Origin: a virus | DNA length: 64,000 nt | Virus record (IMG/VR): IMGVR_UViG_3300050821_017626 | Span: 32,262-96,261 of that record | Strand: one strand, 5' to 3' | Shown here: positions 9,185-18,508 of the stretch, one piece after another | Layout of the letters: each line of letters starts with the position of its first letter | Position numbering within the stretch: the first letter of the stretch is position 1 | Notes under the pieces: model-generated | Told to the model about the DNA's origin: nothing | What the model saw: the letters and a program-made list of their open reading frames with translations, nothing else | Database searches by the model: none | Program-made: the position numbers and the translations under genes

Positions 9185-9393
9185 TTCTGTCTCCTCTTGA
9201 TCTCTTCCGCTAACCTGCCAACCAGCGACACCTGTTCTTCATAGAGCCGGTCCATCTCCTCCTCATTCTTGCCTTCGTAGTTCACCAGCTCGCTCAACAA
9301 CCACACTGCTTCGTCGAACGTCTTCTTGAGGGTGGCCTCATCGCATTTGCGTATCCAGTTGTCTTCCATCTGCGTGACCAGCCGATCAATCAT
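9181..9393 (-). CDS. Hypothetical protein
   Basis: First gene after a minus-strand promoter; GGGAGAG RBS. Confidence 0.6.
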   Translation of the reverse strand: MIDRLVTQMEDNWIRKCDEATLKKTFDEAVWLLSELVNYEGKNEEEMDRLYEEQVSLVGRLAEEIKRRQK

Positions 9394-9411
9394 GGCTCTC
9401 TCCCTCTTCTG

Positions 9412-9513
9412 AGTATACCGTTGGACAGCCTTCCGGTCAAGCCCTGTATCGCGACAACTATCGCGACAAACTGTCGCGATTCCCTAGCCTTTTGGCCTCG
9501 TTCTTGCTATACT
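9412..9513. promoter_or_regulatory. Back-to-back promoters with triple ATCGCGACA operator-like repeat
   Basis: Minus TTGACC-N17-TATACT; plus TAGCCT-N17-TATACT; repeats at 9448, 9460 and inverted at 9472. Confidence 0.65.
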
Positions 9514-9517
9514 GAGG

Positions 9518-10332
9518 GTGGAGGGACCCATGCCAAACAAAGAACCCCGCCGCGTCTTGGATCTCCCACTCTGGGATGGCCCGCCAGACACGCTGCCTTG
9601 CGGCTGCAGTTGCGAACTGACCTTGGGTGACAAGCACGGGCCTGTGTTTTGGAATCATTGGAATAAGGTTTGCCAATGCCACAAGTGTGGTCAGGTATAT
9701 ACTCCCTTCGCACCGCAAAAGGTCGAAGCCGATGAAGACTAACTATCGGGGCTTCACCATAAACGTCGAGCGCGAAAAATGTCTGGCTGGGCATTCAATG
9801 CTCTATTGGACGGTCATCCGAGAGGCGGATGGGTGGTTCTTCGAAGACAACTTTGCCGACACTGAAGATACCGCCCAAACGATTACTCAAGCAATGAAGC
9901 ATCGCATCGATGACTACTTCCTCCATCCAGAGGATTACGAGGACTGCCCTGTCTGCGATCAGCCGCACCCATGTGAGTGTGGTATCAACGACGAAGATGA
10001 TGAGAATGAATGAAACCCGACGGCTGGAGTAAAAACAGTTGATCTACATATTCTTCGGGGGCGAATATGAGCAACGCTGGCCCGTAGCCGTGTTCGAAGC
10101 GCCGGAAGGCGTTCACGTCGACTACGCAGCCTTCCTTCATGCACTTGGCGTTCCTCCCTTCCCCATCTGGAAGGGGGACGTGAAGCAATGGGACCTCGAA
10201 CGAACACGATGGAATTTGGACCGAGATAGGGTTTTCGCTCTCAAAGGAATTACCGATGCAGAAAGCGCCCATCGCCAGTGGTTGGAGAACCACCCGCAGG
10301 TGAAGTCCCTGCCTTTTGAGTCCTGGGACTAA
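9518..10332 (+). other. Small ORFs 9518-9742 (Zn ribbon), about 9732-10013, 10039-10332
   Basis: Co-oriented ORFs after the plus-strand promoter. Confidence 0.55.
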
Positions 10333-10361
10333 TGTGATAGAATATATTTGGAGGAAACACA

Positions 10362-10541
10362 ATGAAATTTGCCGATGATTTTCTTACATCGAAAACAACC
10401 ATTACTGCTTTCGTAACCATCATCACCTCGATCTTTGCGGCTTACCACCATCAGATAACCTGGCACGAAGCGCTGCTCACCGTTGCTGCAGCCGCCCAGA
10501 CCGCCTTCCTTCGGGATGCTTTCGTAAAATCCGCGAAGTGA
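10362..10541 (+). CDS. Small membrane protein, holin-like (59 aa, below the ORF-track cutoff)
   Basis: GGAGG RBS; MKFADDFLTSKTTITAFVTIITSIFAAYHHQITWHEALLTVAAAAQTAFLRD has two hydrophobic segments. Confidence 0.5.
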   Translation: MKFADDFLTSKTTITAFVTIITSIFAAYHHQITWHEALLTVAAAAQTAFLRDAFVKSAK

Positions 10542-11356
10542 GGCGCTCGTTCCGCGCCAGGAATGACCGGCGCAAAGAACTCATCGCCCAGTTCCTTGCA
10601 GATGGCCTCACCTTGGCCGAAGAGGAAGAGTTGTTCCAACTGCAGGAGTGGCTCTACACCTGGATCGACCCTCGGTATCCGCTCCCCAAGAAGGTTTACA
10701 ACGTGATGGCGGAGCGGTATCGGGACCTTGCTCGGGGGTGAAAGGATCGCCCAGGTATCTCCCCAGGGGAGGCAAATCTTCCTGAGCTAGATACCTGGTG
10801 ACCCGGCTTCGATGCCGGCACCTCCATCTCCATTCCCAAGAGAGGAAGTGATGGACAGCCAACCAATCTTCCAACGCCTCAACATCCTTCTCTCCGAAGC
10901 CTCGGATCAGATCGACGCCATCCTCGGTGGTCAGGACGACCCGAAGCGGGCGCTGCAATTGGCCGAGGAGATTGAGGTTCAAGTGACAGTCTTTCTCGCC
11001 CTCACCCGGAGTCGGACGGCTGCACTGAGACGAGAAAGCAGCGCTGGTTCTTAGCCAGCGCTGCTTTCTCAATCTGATCGGAAGGCGTTCAAAGTCAACA
11101 CTCCATCTTCCGTCAGGATCTCGCACCTCGGGATCATTTCTCCTTTCACCAGCGCCAAGACTCGTACGGGCCTCCCCGTCTCCTTGTGGATGCGCATGGC
11201 TCGCTCGATGCCGGATGCCCACCCCTCACGCGCCGTGATCCGGTTCCAAGTAACCGAACGCTCCCCTATCAACTCGATCTGACCGATTACGTTCGTGTCA
11301 TGGTCGATTCCCCCCGCTCGAAGTTGTTGACTCTTGATAGACTTGGGGTATAATAA

Positions 11357-11438
11357 GGACGCCCCCCGAGGCGACGCGCCGGGGAGAAGGCCCTTGGAAG
11401 CGGTTCTCTAAGGCGGTCGGTCTTCCTCGGGGGCGTCC
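11357..11438 (+). ncRNA. Candidate structured small RNA (about 82-nt rod hairpin) with its own promoter
   Basis: GGACGCCCCCCGAGG pairs with CCTCGGGGGCGTCC; inner stems CGAC/GTCG, CGCC/GGCG, GAGAA/TTCTC; TTGACT-N16-TATAAT at 11327-11354. Confidence 0.6.
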
Positions 11439-11471
11439 CTTTGCACTCTACCGCGATGCTTCCAAAGAGTC

Positions 11472-11509
11472 AAGAAAGAAGCCGGCCTCCTGACGTATCG
11501 GAGGCCGGC
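11472..11509 (-). terminator. Intrinsic terminator on the minus strand, downstream of dut
   Basis: GCCGGCCTCC/GGAGGCCGGC stem followed on the minus strand by TTCTTTCTT. Confidence 0.6.
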
Positions 11510-11761
11510 CATACGAGCGAGCGCACAAAAAATTCTTCTTGACAACTTTGAAGCAATCGGAGTAGACTGAGCCTCAGGCCAACCCAGGCCACATTGACCT
11601 TTGAGGCTCGATGCCCTACACCATCACCGTGCGGCTTTGCACGCCGCGCCGACGGAGCATTTATATTTGGCTGCACCGGGGTCCATTGCCCGTCCCTTTA
11701 CTAACGGTTTCTTCTCGCCTTGCCTATCAGCGCCGGCAAGAAGCGCTGCGCCGGATATGCC

Positions 11762-12208
11762 TCAGCGGCCGGTGCTACCAAACCCCTGGGCTCCACGCTT
11801 TGAGAATGGTAGTTCGTCTACCTCTCGAAACGAGATCGTCGGGTAGGAAAGAATGAGGAGTTGGCCGATCCGATCCCCTCTCTCTACCGAGAAAGGCTTC
11901 TCACCCCGGTTTTCCAAGAGGGCAAAACACTCCCCCCGGTAGTCCGAATCGACGAGCCCCGGAGAGTTGACAATGCTAACTTGACAACTTGCAGCAAGCC
12001 CCGAACGGGCGCAGAAAAGGCCAACGTTACCATCTGGAACGGCAATGCAAAATCCCGTAGGAATCTTTGTCGATTCTCCAGGAGCCAACCACCAGACAGC
12101 GCTTTCAGGAATAGCTGCCCGCATATCCAGCCCCGCTGCGCCATCGGTGGCATAGGATGGAAGAGGAAGTCCAACTGCGTGCGGTAGGCGTTTGATGAGC
12201 AGTTCCAT
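11762..12208 (-). CDS. dut: dUTP diphosphatase
   Basis: Five dUTPase motifs: AAGLD, ARSGL, GLVDSDYRGE, RIGQL, RGAQGFGSTG. Confidence 0.97.
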   Translation of the reverse strand: MELLIKRLPHAVGLPLPSYATDGAAGLDMRAAIPESAVWWLAPGESTKIPTGFCIAVPDGNVGLFCARSGLAASCQVSIVNSPGLVDSDYRGECFALLENRGEKPFSVERGDRIGQLLILSYPTISFREVDELPFSKRGAQGFGSTGR

Positions 12209-12847
12209 CAGTACCCCACAGCCGAATTGACAGAATTGACGTACTCGGGATCGCTCGTAAGAACCACGAACGCCCCCGCCTCGTCATTATCGAGTACCAC
12301 ATCAGCCAGAATAGTCTCATCTTCATTGAGCAGGTCGAGATAGACGTGAAGATCATCCTCCAGCAGTGCCAGACTGGCCTTCAAGTCACCAACAGTCAAA
12401 TATTTCATCAGCCTCTGTCCCTTCGAATCAAGCAGTTGTTGCAAACAACATACAATTCCAGATCGTTCAATCGCTGCCATCCCGTAAAATATTGTTCACC
12501 ACAGCGCAAACAAAGGATCAGGTTGGTTTCAGCTCTGGGGCTGGAGAACTTCTTCCAGAAGGTGCCACAGCGATCTTCCACAAGGTCCGAACAACTCATA
12601 ATGTCGTCGCCAGGGGCCAAGAGCAGGTAGCCGTTCACTCCTTCACCTCAAACTCCGACACGACATTCTCGGTTCGATCATAAACCCGAGCGAATCGATA
12701 CATACCTTCGCAGAGAATATTATTCGCCACACGCTCGGCGTCTTCTGCAGAGGCGAAGAGAAAAGGAGAGTGGGTAGTCTTGGTTCCGGGTGCAGGAAAC
12801 GGGTTCCAGGTCTCTCCGTCCATCGAAAGCCAGATTGTGTAATTCAA
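12208..12847 (-). other. Small ORFs 12208-12408 (LTVGDLKA family), 12408-12638, 12635-12847
   Basis: Coupled ORFs between the sigma factor and dut. Confidence 0.6.
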
Positions 12848-13362
12848 GGATTCACCCCCAGAGCGGCACGCAACTTCCGCGTTGCCTTGTAGACCACGTT
12901 GTAAACCCGCTTGCGCGTCACTCCTTCTGCAGTCGCCACCTCTTCTCCCGACATTCCTTCCAGGTAGATGAGTCGCATCATTTTCTGCTCGAACGGGTTG
13001 AGGGCCGACTGCAGGACCTGGTTCCAGCCTATTCGATCAACCAGTTCGCTGGAGAAGTCAGCCATCCGAGGCTCACCAACCTCCCCACAGAGGGATTCGA
13101 TCTGAACAACCTCAGCGCTGCGCTTCTGGCGCGATTTGTGGCGCCAGAAGTTTTTGATGGATGAGCCCGCACCTACATAAGCCACCGACTTCAACTGCTT
13201 GCCGGACTGTTTCTCTTCCGCGACTGACTGGAAAGCGCCGAGCAGCGCCTCTCCGATGAGGTCGTCGTAATCCGGGTGGTCGCCCCACCCTTTCAGGTGT
13301 GAAAGGGCGAGGCGCACGTATTCTTCCTGTTCCGGGGTAAGACCTACGGCACGGTAGCCCAT
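12844..13362 (-). CDS. Phage sigma-70-family (ECF-like) RNA polymerase sigma factor
   Basis: Region 2 DDLIGEALLG; region 4 LNPFEQKMMRLIYLEGMSGEEVA..EGVTRKRVYNVVYKATRKLR. Confidence 0.85.
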   Translation of the reverse strand: MGYRAVGLTPEQEEYVRLALSHLKGWGDHPDYDDLIGEALLGAFQSVAEEKQSGKQLKSVAYVGAGSSIKNFWRHKSRQKRSAEVVQIESLCGEVGEPRMADFSSELVDRIGWNQVLQSALNPFEQKMMRLIYLEGMSGEEVATAEGVTRKRVYNVVYKATRKLRAALGVNP

Positions 13363-13913
13363 CAGGACTTAGGAACAATGGAGAGGCCACCGTTGTTCGT
13401 CCAGGCCAGGAGCAGCCCCTTCGCAGAGACCACCTGCACGGCGGGAATGTGGGGCTGCGCCGCTACATGGGGAAGCACGATGGTTAGCCCTGTATCCGAC
13501 CAGCGGGTCACGGGCACGCCAATCGTGGTGTCATCGATCACTGACCCCATCGCGTCCCCAAAGCCAGTCCCTACCATCACGACCGTATCTCCCTCGCTGG
13601 CGCGAGTGATCCAGTTGTGATTCAGATCCTGATAGCCTTGGATGATCCCGGCGACCGGAGCAGTTCCCGTGATTACTGGGACAGAGGGAGCAGGGGGAAT
13701 TCCACTCCCGGTCACGACAACAGGAGTGAATGTCAAGGTTCCGGTCACGGTGTAGGCCACGCCTCCCACAGTGACGCTCTGGCTCACCTGAACCTGAATG
13801 GGGCTCGGAGGCGGAGGAGTAACCTGAATCGTCAGGGGGACCGGAATCGGGGCCGCAAAGACCAGGGCACAACTCACGAGAGACAGGAAAAAGCAGTTCA
13901 AAATGTGTTTCAC
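13362..13913 (-). CDS. Exported protein with IPT/TIG-like domain
   Basis: GTG start and signal peptide (KHILNCFFLSLVSCALVFA); GDTVVMVGTGFG...VTRWSDTGLTIVLP. Confidence 0.65.
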   Translation of the reverse strand: MKHILNCFFLSLVSCALVFAAPIPVPLTIQVTPPPPSPIQVQVSQSVTVGGVAYTVTGTLTFTPVVVTGSGIPPAPSVPVITGTAPVAGIIQGYQDLNHNWITRASEGDTVVMVGTGFGDAMGSVIDDTTIGVPVTRWSDTGLTIVLPHVAAQPHIPAVQVVSAKGLLLAWTNNGGLSIVPKS

Positions 13914-14112
13914 GGTATCGTTCCTTTGTTGTAAACGTCTTGTGATAGTCGTTCGAAATAGAGAGGATGAGCCAGTCGTAGGTAGGTTCTCCCTACTCGA
14001 TAGTGGATGGCAAACAGGAAATTGTAGACGGGAGTTGGCCAGCAATCCAGGTCGAGAATCCAGTTGATGAAACCAACTGCAGAACTGGTAAGGGTGATAG
14101 CAGCGTGTTTCA

Positions 14113-14352
14113 TTACTCCCATTTCTGAAATACATCGCGGCCACGCACACTATTCTGCAGTTGTTCCCGCGCTGCGGCCTCGCGCTCGCGGCGGCGGTTT
14201 TCGGGCCAAGTCACAACGGCCCAGTAGACAACGAACAAAACAAGAACTGAAATCAGAAATAGGGCGAATTCCGTAGTTTGTATCACCAGGTGGTCAAGTC
14301 GGGTCTGTGCCAGGTAAGGGGTTGAAAACGCTTGTTGGATACGGGTCAGCAT
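14113..14352 (-). CDS. Small single-TM membrane protein
   Basis: FALFLISVLVLFVVYWAVV followed by a basic tail; GAGGAG RBS. Confidence 0.55.
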   Translation of the reverse strand: MLTRIQQAFSTPYLAQTRLDHLVIQTTEFALFLISVLVLFVVYWAVVTWPENRRREREAAAREQLQNSVRGRDVFQKWE

Positions 14353-15046
14353 GGTTCTCCTCAAAGGAAAGAGCGCCACTCTGGCGCCCTCAGTAGTCAG
14401 TATACGCCCTTGTCCTGCGCTTTGTTAACCCCTTATTCACCCTTGACATAGGTAATTGTCTTCCGGGATTGCCTCCACGTCCTGCTGCTCCATCAATCGC
14501 GTCCGCTTGCTGATCTCATAGCGATTGCCCTGCGCGGCCCACTGCGCCGTACGGGCCTGAACAAGGGAACTGTCGAGGGTTATGAAGCCTCCGACCTTCC
14601 TGTCTCCCTTGAAAAACTCCACCACATATTCTTCTTGCATCATGCTTCCTTCTTCAAAATGATCCGTCGCTTGTTGGATTGAACAACTTCCCAACAGTCG
14701 GCTCCCAGGACGTTGAGGGCGGTACATAGGTCATCAATACCACAGACACTCACCCCAGTCTCGTCATACCAGCCGACCTCATCCTCGCGGCAGAGGACCT
14801 TGTAGCACCAGCGCGGCATCTAGGGCCTCCCTTGCAGCCGGCGTCCTTGCCGACGAGGAACTGACGGAATCTGTCTACTGCAGGAACCGGGTGTTGCTGC
14901 ACGTCGCACTAACCCAGGTTTGCTCACCAAGATAGGGGCTCGATGTTCCATTGTGTCTTCGCCCAAGGCGCGCTCGTTCCAAGCTTTGCAGATTGCCCGT
15001 GAGTAGGCTAAGAAAATCTCATTTATCTCGTGTTGTATTGGATTGA

Positions 15047-15283
15047 TCATGGCCGACCCTTCATCGCCGCGTCCCGGTAGGTATCGGCTGCCTTGCGACC
15101 TCGCTTTTTGGCCCTGATCGAGCCCGATCCAGGCGGCATCGCGCCATCACTCCCCGGAGCTGCGCCGGTCTTTGCCGACAACTCCGTTCCTGGCTGCCAG
15201 GAGCCAGCAGGCCCATCTTGGTCCAAGACGTTAACACATTCGGTGAGACCGGACCAGTCTACCGCGAAATCAAACTCTTCCAT
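15047..15283 (-). CDS. Small acidic-leader/LxQ/basic-tail protein (putative capsid internal protein)
   Basis: MEEFDF...VLDQ|DGPAG...KKRGRK. Confidence 0.65.
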   Translation of the reverse strand: MEEFDFAVDWSGLTECVNVLDQDGPAGSWQPGTELSAKTGAAPGSDGAMPPGSGSIRAKKRGRKAADTYRDAAMKGRP

Positions 15284-15284
15284 G

Positions 15285-15551
15285 TTATCCCTCCGCCGGA
15301 AGCCGCTTTTGACGGATCACCTTGAAACCGTGACCCTGTTCGCGGAACCAGAAGATATCGTTCACCGCGTTGTGTATCTCGTAGATAAGCACCCCGCGTT
15401 CTACAGGCGTGAGGGCCATGGCGCGATCACATGCCATCCAGGAATCGAGGTAGCGATTGAGCACCCCGTCCAACGCCTGGCCGCTGTCCCACAAATCCCG
15501 GAACAGGGGGTCCTCCGCCCGCATCTCCTCCAGGTGTTCTTGAAAGGTCAA
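15285..15551 (-). CDS. Hypothetical protein
   Basis: ORF within the operon; GGAGG upstream. Confidence 0.6.
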   Translation of the reverse strand: MTFQEHLEEMRAEDPLFRDLWDSGQALDGVLNRYLDSWMACDRAMALTPVERGVLIYEIHNAVNDIFWFREQGHGFKVIRQKRLPAEG

Positions 15552-15555
15552 GTCG

Positions 15556-15771
15556 CTACGCCTCCTTCAGCCGGCTAGGCTTCTTCGCATCCTTGAGGGC
15601 CAGAGCCCCTTTCTTGCGCAATTTGGTGGCCGGCGGGTTGTATTGCTCTCCGCTGGTTCGAGTTACCATGCGCCCCATCGTGGGAGAGATTGGATTTCCG
15701 CCGCCTGGGATGGAATCAGGAAAGACGTTATCCTGGTACAGGTCTTCGAAGGAGGGCCACTCGAACATCAC
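15556..15771 (-). CDS. Small acidic-leader/LxQ/basic-tail protein
   Basis: FEWPSFEDLYQ|DN...KLRKKG. Confidence 0.65.
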   Translation of the reverse strand: MMFEWPSFEDLYQDNVFPDSIPGGGNPISPTMGRMVTRTSGEQYNPPATKLRKKGALALKDAKKPSRLKEA

Positions 15772-16043
15772 TCTTCCTCCTGAAAATGGGTAGCATTCGG
15801 ATGATGCTCGTGCTTATGTAGAGTCGGCATCGGCGGCATCATCTTGGCTTTACGCTCCAAATGCTTGCGCATTGCCTTTCCACCGCGAACGTGGAAGTTT
15901 CCAGGGCTGCCGTAAGGGATGCCCGTGAGGCCATCGCGATTGAAACCCTGGTCGCCCCCAGCTTCGGTGCGCTTTTTCCCGTTGGCCTGATAAAGGTCGG
16001 CTAGGTCGTCGGTGCCAATCTCAAAATCGGTTCCAAGTTCCAA
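15768..16043 (-). CDS. Small acidic-leader/LxQ/basic-tail protein
   Basis: Probable TTG start; DFEIGTDDLADLYQ|ANGKKR...RKHLERKAK. Confidence 0.6.
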   Translation of the reverse strand: MELGTDFEIGTDDLADLYQANGKKRTEAGGDQGFNRDGLTGIPYGSPGNFHVRGGKAMRKHLERKAKMMPPMPTLHKHEHHPNATHFQEEE

Positions 16044-16236
16044 TTTGGACCTTCTTTCGCGGCAGTTTGGCCGTCTTCTTCGCATCCACCCGGAGATCAA
16101 CTGCAGTTGGTGACAGGCGCGGGCGTCCTTTGGCCCAGGCAGGAAAGGCGAATCCGGCATCTGAGTAGTTGCGCAGCCGGTCTAATTGGTCGGTGTCCTG
16201 CTGCAGGCAAGGCATACCAAGTTCGAACTCTTCCAT
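16021..16236 (-). CDS. Small acidic-leader/LxQ/basic-tail protein
   Basis: MEEFELGMPCLQQ|DT...KKTAKLPRKK. Confidence 0.65.
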   Translation of the reverse strand: MEEFELGMPCLQQDTDQLDRLRNYSDAGFAFPAWAKGRPRLSPTAVDLRVDAKKTAKLPRKKVQIGTWNRF

Positions 16237-16415
16237 TAGTCTACCCTCTCGGCCACTTCTTCGACGTGAATGATGTCGTTTATCTTCAGGATGTGATCGG
16301 TTCCCGTGCGATCTCTAATTACTAACCATTGGCCGTAGCGACCTTGGATACTTCCTTGCAGTGGCTCGGAATTGGTCAGGGAGAGCCAGACGAGGGTAGA
16401 AGGAATTAACTTCAT
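16236..16415 (-). CDS. Sm/Hfq-like fold small protein
   Basis: LVWLSLTNSEPLQGSIQG...WLVI...HILKINDIIHV resembles Hfq VSIYLVNGIKLQGQI...VYKHAISTV. Confidence 0.5.
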   Translation of the reverse strand: MKLIPSTLVWLSLTNSEPLQGSIQGRYGQWLVIRDRTGTDHILKINDIIHVEEVAERVD

Positions 16416-16813
16416 GAGTGGTTCTTGGCATCCCAAGCAGACATCATTCCGTCACCGATCTTAGATAGATTCTCTCGAACGAACTGCCGGAACTCATCGC
16501 GGCTTCCATCTCTGCCCAATAGGCCCTGCGCCAGTGCAAGAACATGAATGGCGATAGCGTCACGATTTTTCTGGTCTGCAGATTGCCACACAGCGAGTCC
16601 GTTACCGAGTGCCTCCAGGTCCGTTTGTGCCTTACTGCCCGTTAACTTCTCCGCTACCCGATTGGCCAATTCTTCTTGTGCTTTGTCAGTGAGAACTGCA
16701 TAGACAGTTGATCCTATTGATGCGTTTATTCCACCCAATCTGGGGGCTGGGAGCGTATTAACATCCTCGAAATAAACCGAGCCACCGGAGAATTCGAAAT
16801 TGTTACCTGCCAC
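16412..16813 (-). CDS. Hypothetical protein
   Basis: 133-aa ORF coupled within the operon. Confidence 0.6.
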   Translation of the reverse strand: MAGNNFEFSGGSVYFEDVNTLPAPRLGGINASIGSTVYAVLTDKAQEELANRVAEKLTGSKAQTDLEALGNGLAVWQSADQKNRDAIAIHVLALAQGLLGRDGSRDEFRQFVRENLSKIGDGMMSAWDAKNHS

Positions 16814-16816
16814 AAT

Positions 16817-17032
16817 TTATCCTTTCGATGCAGAATTCTGCGGTACCTGTAACTTACCCTTACGCTTCTTGCGGCCGTTGTAGGAAGGGATTGAACCACC
16901 TGCACCAGGAGCAATGCCAGTGCCTGCTGCAGAGACTGAGGTTACCCCGCTTGCGCCCGTAGGCCCCGCACCTGTTCCGGCACCATCCTGGGACAGATTG
17001 GGCATCACAAGTTCGAAATCATCGAGCGGCAT
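16817..17032 (-). CDS. Small acidic-leader/LxQ/basic-tail protein
   Basis: MPLDDFELVMPNLSQ|DGAG...GRKKRKGK. Confidence 0.65.
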   Translation of the reverse strand: MPLDDFELVMPNLSQDGAGTGAGPTGASGVTSVSAAGTGIAPGAGGSIPSYNGRKKRKGKLQVPQNSASKG

Positions 17033-17201
17033 TTTTCTTCCTCTTTTTCTTTACTTTGGACATCTTTGCTAGATCATCAGTGCTTAAGCCGTTGCTTGGT
17101 AGTTTTCCCCCATCAGCAAAAGCTCCCGCTCCCCCCAGCGGCGGAGGAAGGTTGTTGGCGTCGCTCTGGTAGAGGTTAGTGTAGTCAGGGTACTCCATCA
17201 C
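17019..17201 (-). CDS. Small acidic-leader/LxQ/basic-tail protein
   Basis: MEYPDYTNLYQ|SD...KVKKKRKK. Confidence 0.65.
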   Translation of the reverse strand: MMEYPDYTNLYQSDANNLPPPLGGAGAFADGGKLPSNGLSTDDLAKMSKVKKKRKKNAAR

Positions 17202-17300
17202 TTGCTGCTCCCGCCCGGTGTGCCGAAAATCTTAGTGAAAATAAATAATAAGAAATAGACGATGTAGCCGCCGATGGTCGCCAGGATACGCATATCACTT

Positions 17301-17728
17301 CTAACCTTTCTGACCATTATTTTCTTCGCCGCCAAAGCATGGATCTTGGCGATGGCAAGGAACTGCTGTTTGGTCGCCGCAACGGAGACACTCTAGGTAC
17401 CACTCTGCGGGGTGGTGTTCCCACCACTGGCCCCACTTGAGTTGCCAATCACAGCCGACCCACCGGCAGAGAAAACGCCACATCAGATCGCCCTCTCCAA
17501 TCGGATTTTCAGATCCGGTATTTCTCCGTCGATTGCTTTCTTCAGGTTCTCAAGGTAATCCAGCCGACATTGAACCGCCTGGGCTTCGGAGTGAAACGCG
17601 TTTATGCGTATCTTAACTCCGAACGGCCCTGTGTCATCATAGACCATGAACCAGCCATTGCGACCGGGTACTGCATCTACCTCATAGATACGTGGCCCAT
17701 CGACGAGCCATAGTCGTTCCTTGCTCAC
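17301..17728 (-). other. Small ORFs 17301-17483 (Cys/Trp-rich) and 17483-17728
   Basis: Coupled ORFs. Confidence 0.55.
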
Positions 17729-17913
17729 TTGCGTGTATTGAGCGGGTCAGAAAGGTCGACAGCGCGCATTCCGAACTTGGTTACCGCTGGCTTTTTGTCC
17801 TTATTCTTCGTTCCCTTCGCCACTGTTTTCAGGGGCTTATCCTCTTTCGAAGGAGGGCCATCGTTGAAATCGTCGTCCTGCGCGGCGTAAATGTCCTTGA
17901 TTCCAATTTCCAT
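17725..17913 (-). CDS. Small acidic-leader/xxQ/basic-tail protein
   Basis: MEIGIKDIYAAQ|DDD...KGTKNKDKK. Confidence 0.6.
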   Translation of the reverse strand: MEIGIKDIYAAQDDDFNDGPPSKEDKPLKTVAKGTKNKDKKPAVTKFGMRAVDLSDPLNTRK

Positions 17914-17914
17914 A

Positions 17915-18244
17915 TCACTTATCCTCCCTTGAAGTGTTCGGCTGACCAGTCATCAAACTGCGGAGCGGCTTGGGCTCCATCGGATCGTTCTTCTTCTTTC
18001 GAGCCTTACCCCGGCCTTTGATAAAGCCCTCTACCTGCCCGTCCGCATTGCCACTGGGGCCTAGCGTCCCTAAGTATGGCAGGTTCGCATCCCCTTTCGG
18101 TTCTTGCTGATCCAGCCATGGTTTGTATTCTTCCAGGTCAATCATACCCACCAAGCGCTTTCTTCGGGGTCCCACATAGGACGCCCTTTTTCGCATGGCT
18201 CGTTCCAAAAGTCCCAATGGCTTTTTAGAAATCGGAATAGCCAT
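17915..18244 (-). CDS. Small LxQ/basic-tail protein, first gene of the operon
   Basis: IDLEEYKPWLDQ|QE...KGRGKARKKK. Confidence 0.6.
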   Translation of the reverse strand: MAIPISKKPLGLLERAMRKRASYVGPRRKRLVGMIDLEEYKPWLDQQEPKGDANLPYLGTLGPSGNADGQVEGFIKGRGKARKKKNDPMEPKPLRSLMTGQPNTSREDK

Positions 18245-18268
18245 CTCATAGTTTATGTCCCTCGTTAT

Positions 18269-18288
18269 ATTGTACCCTTTTTCGGCAA
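18269..18288 (-). promoter_or_regulatory. Short-spaced promoter TTGCCG-N8-TACAAT
   Basis: Same architecture as the sites at 25836, 36994 and 54793. Confidence 0.5.
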
Positions 18289-18508
18289 CGAGAGCAAAGC
18301 CAAGCGCCCTTCAAATCCATTCTAAAGACCATGTGAACTTTTTTCTTGCACTGGTCGCATTTTATGTCAGGTAAAGAACTTTCGGATCTTGTGACGCCAC
18401 TTCCAGCCATTGTGCTCCCACTCATCGTACAGCCACACTACAACGAACAAAAGCCCCACCACAAAGAGTATGGAGAGGCAGAGGCCAACTGCAAGTCCGA
18501 GGACGACC

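Noticed and set aside
11357-11438. Hairpin as tRNA, SRP RNA or 6S RNA
   Set aside because: No cloverleaf or T-loop, no SRP helix-8 motif, too short for 6S; kept as an unclassified sRNA
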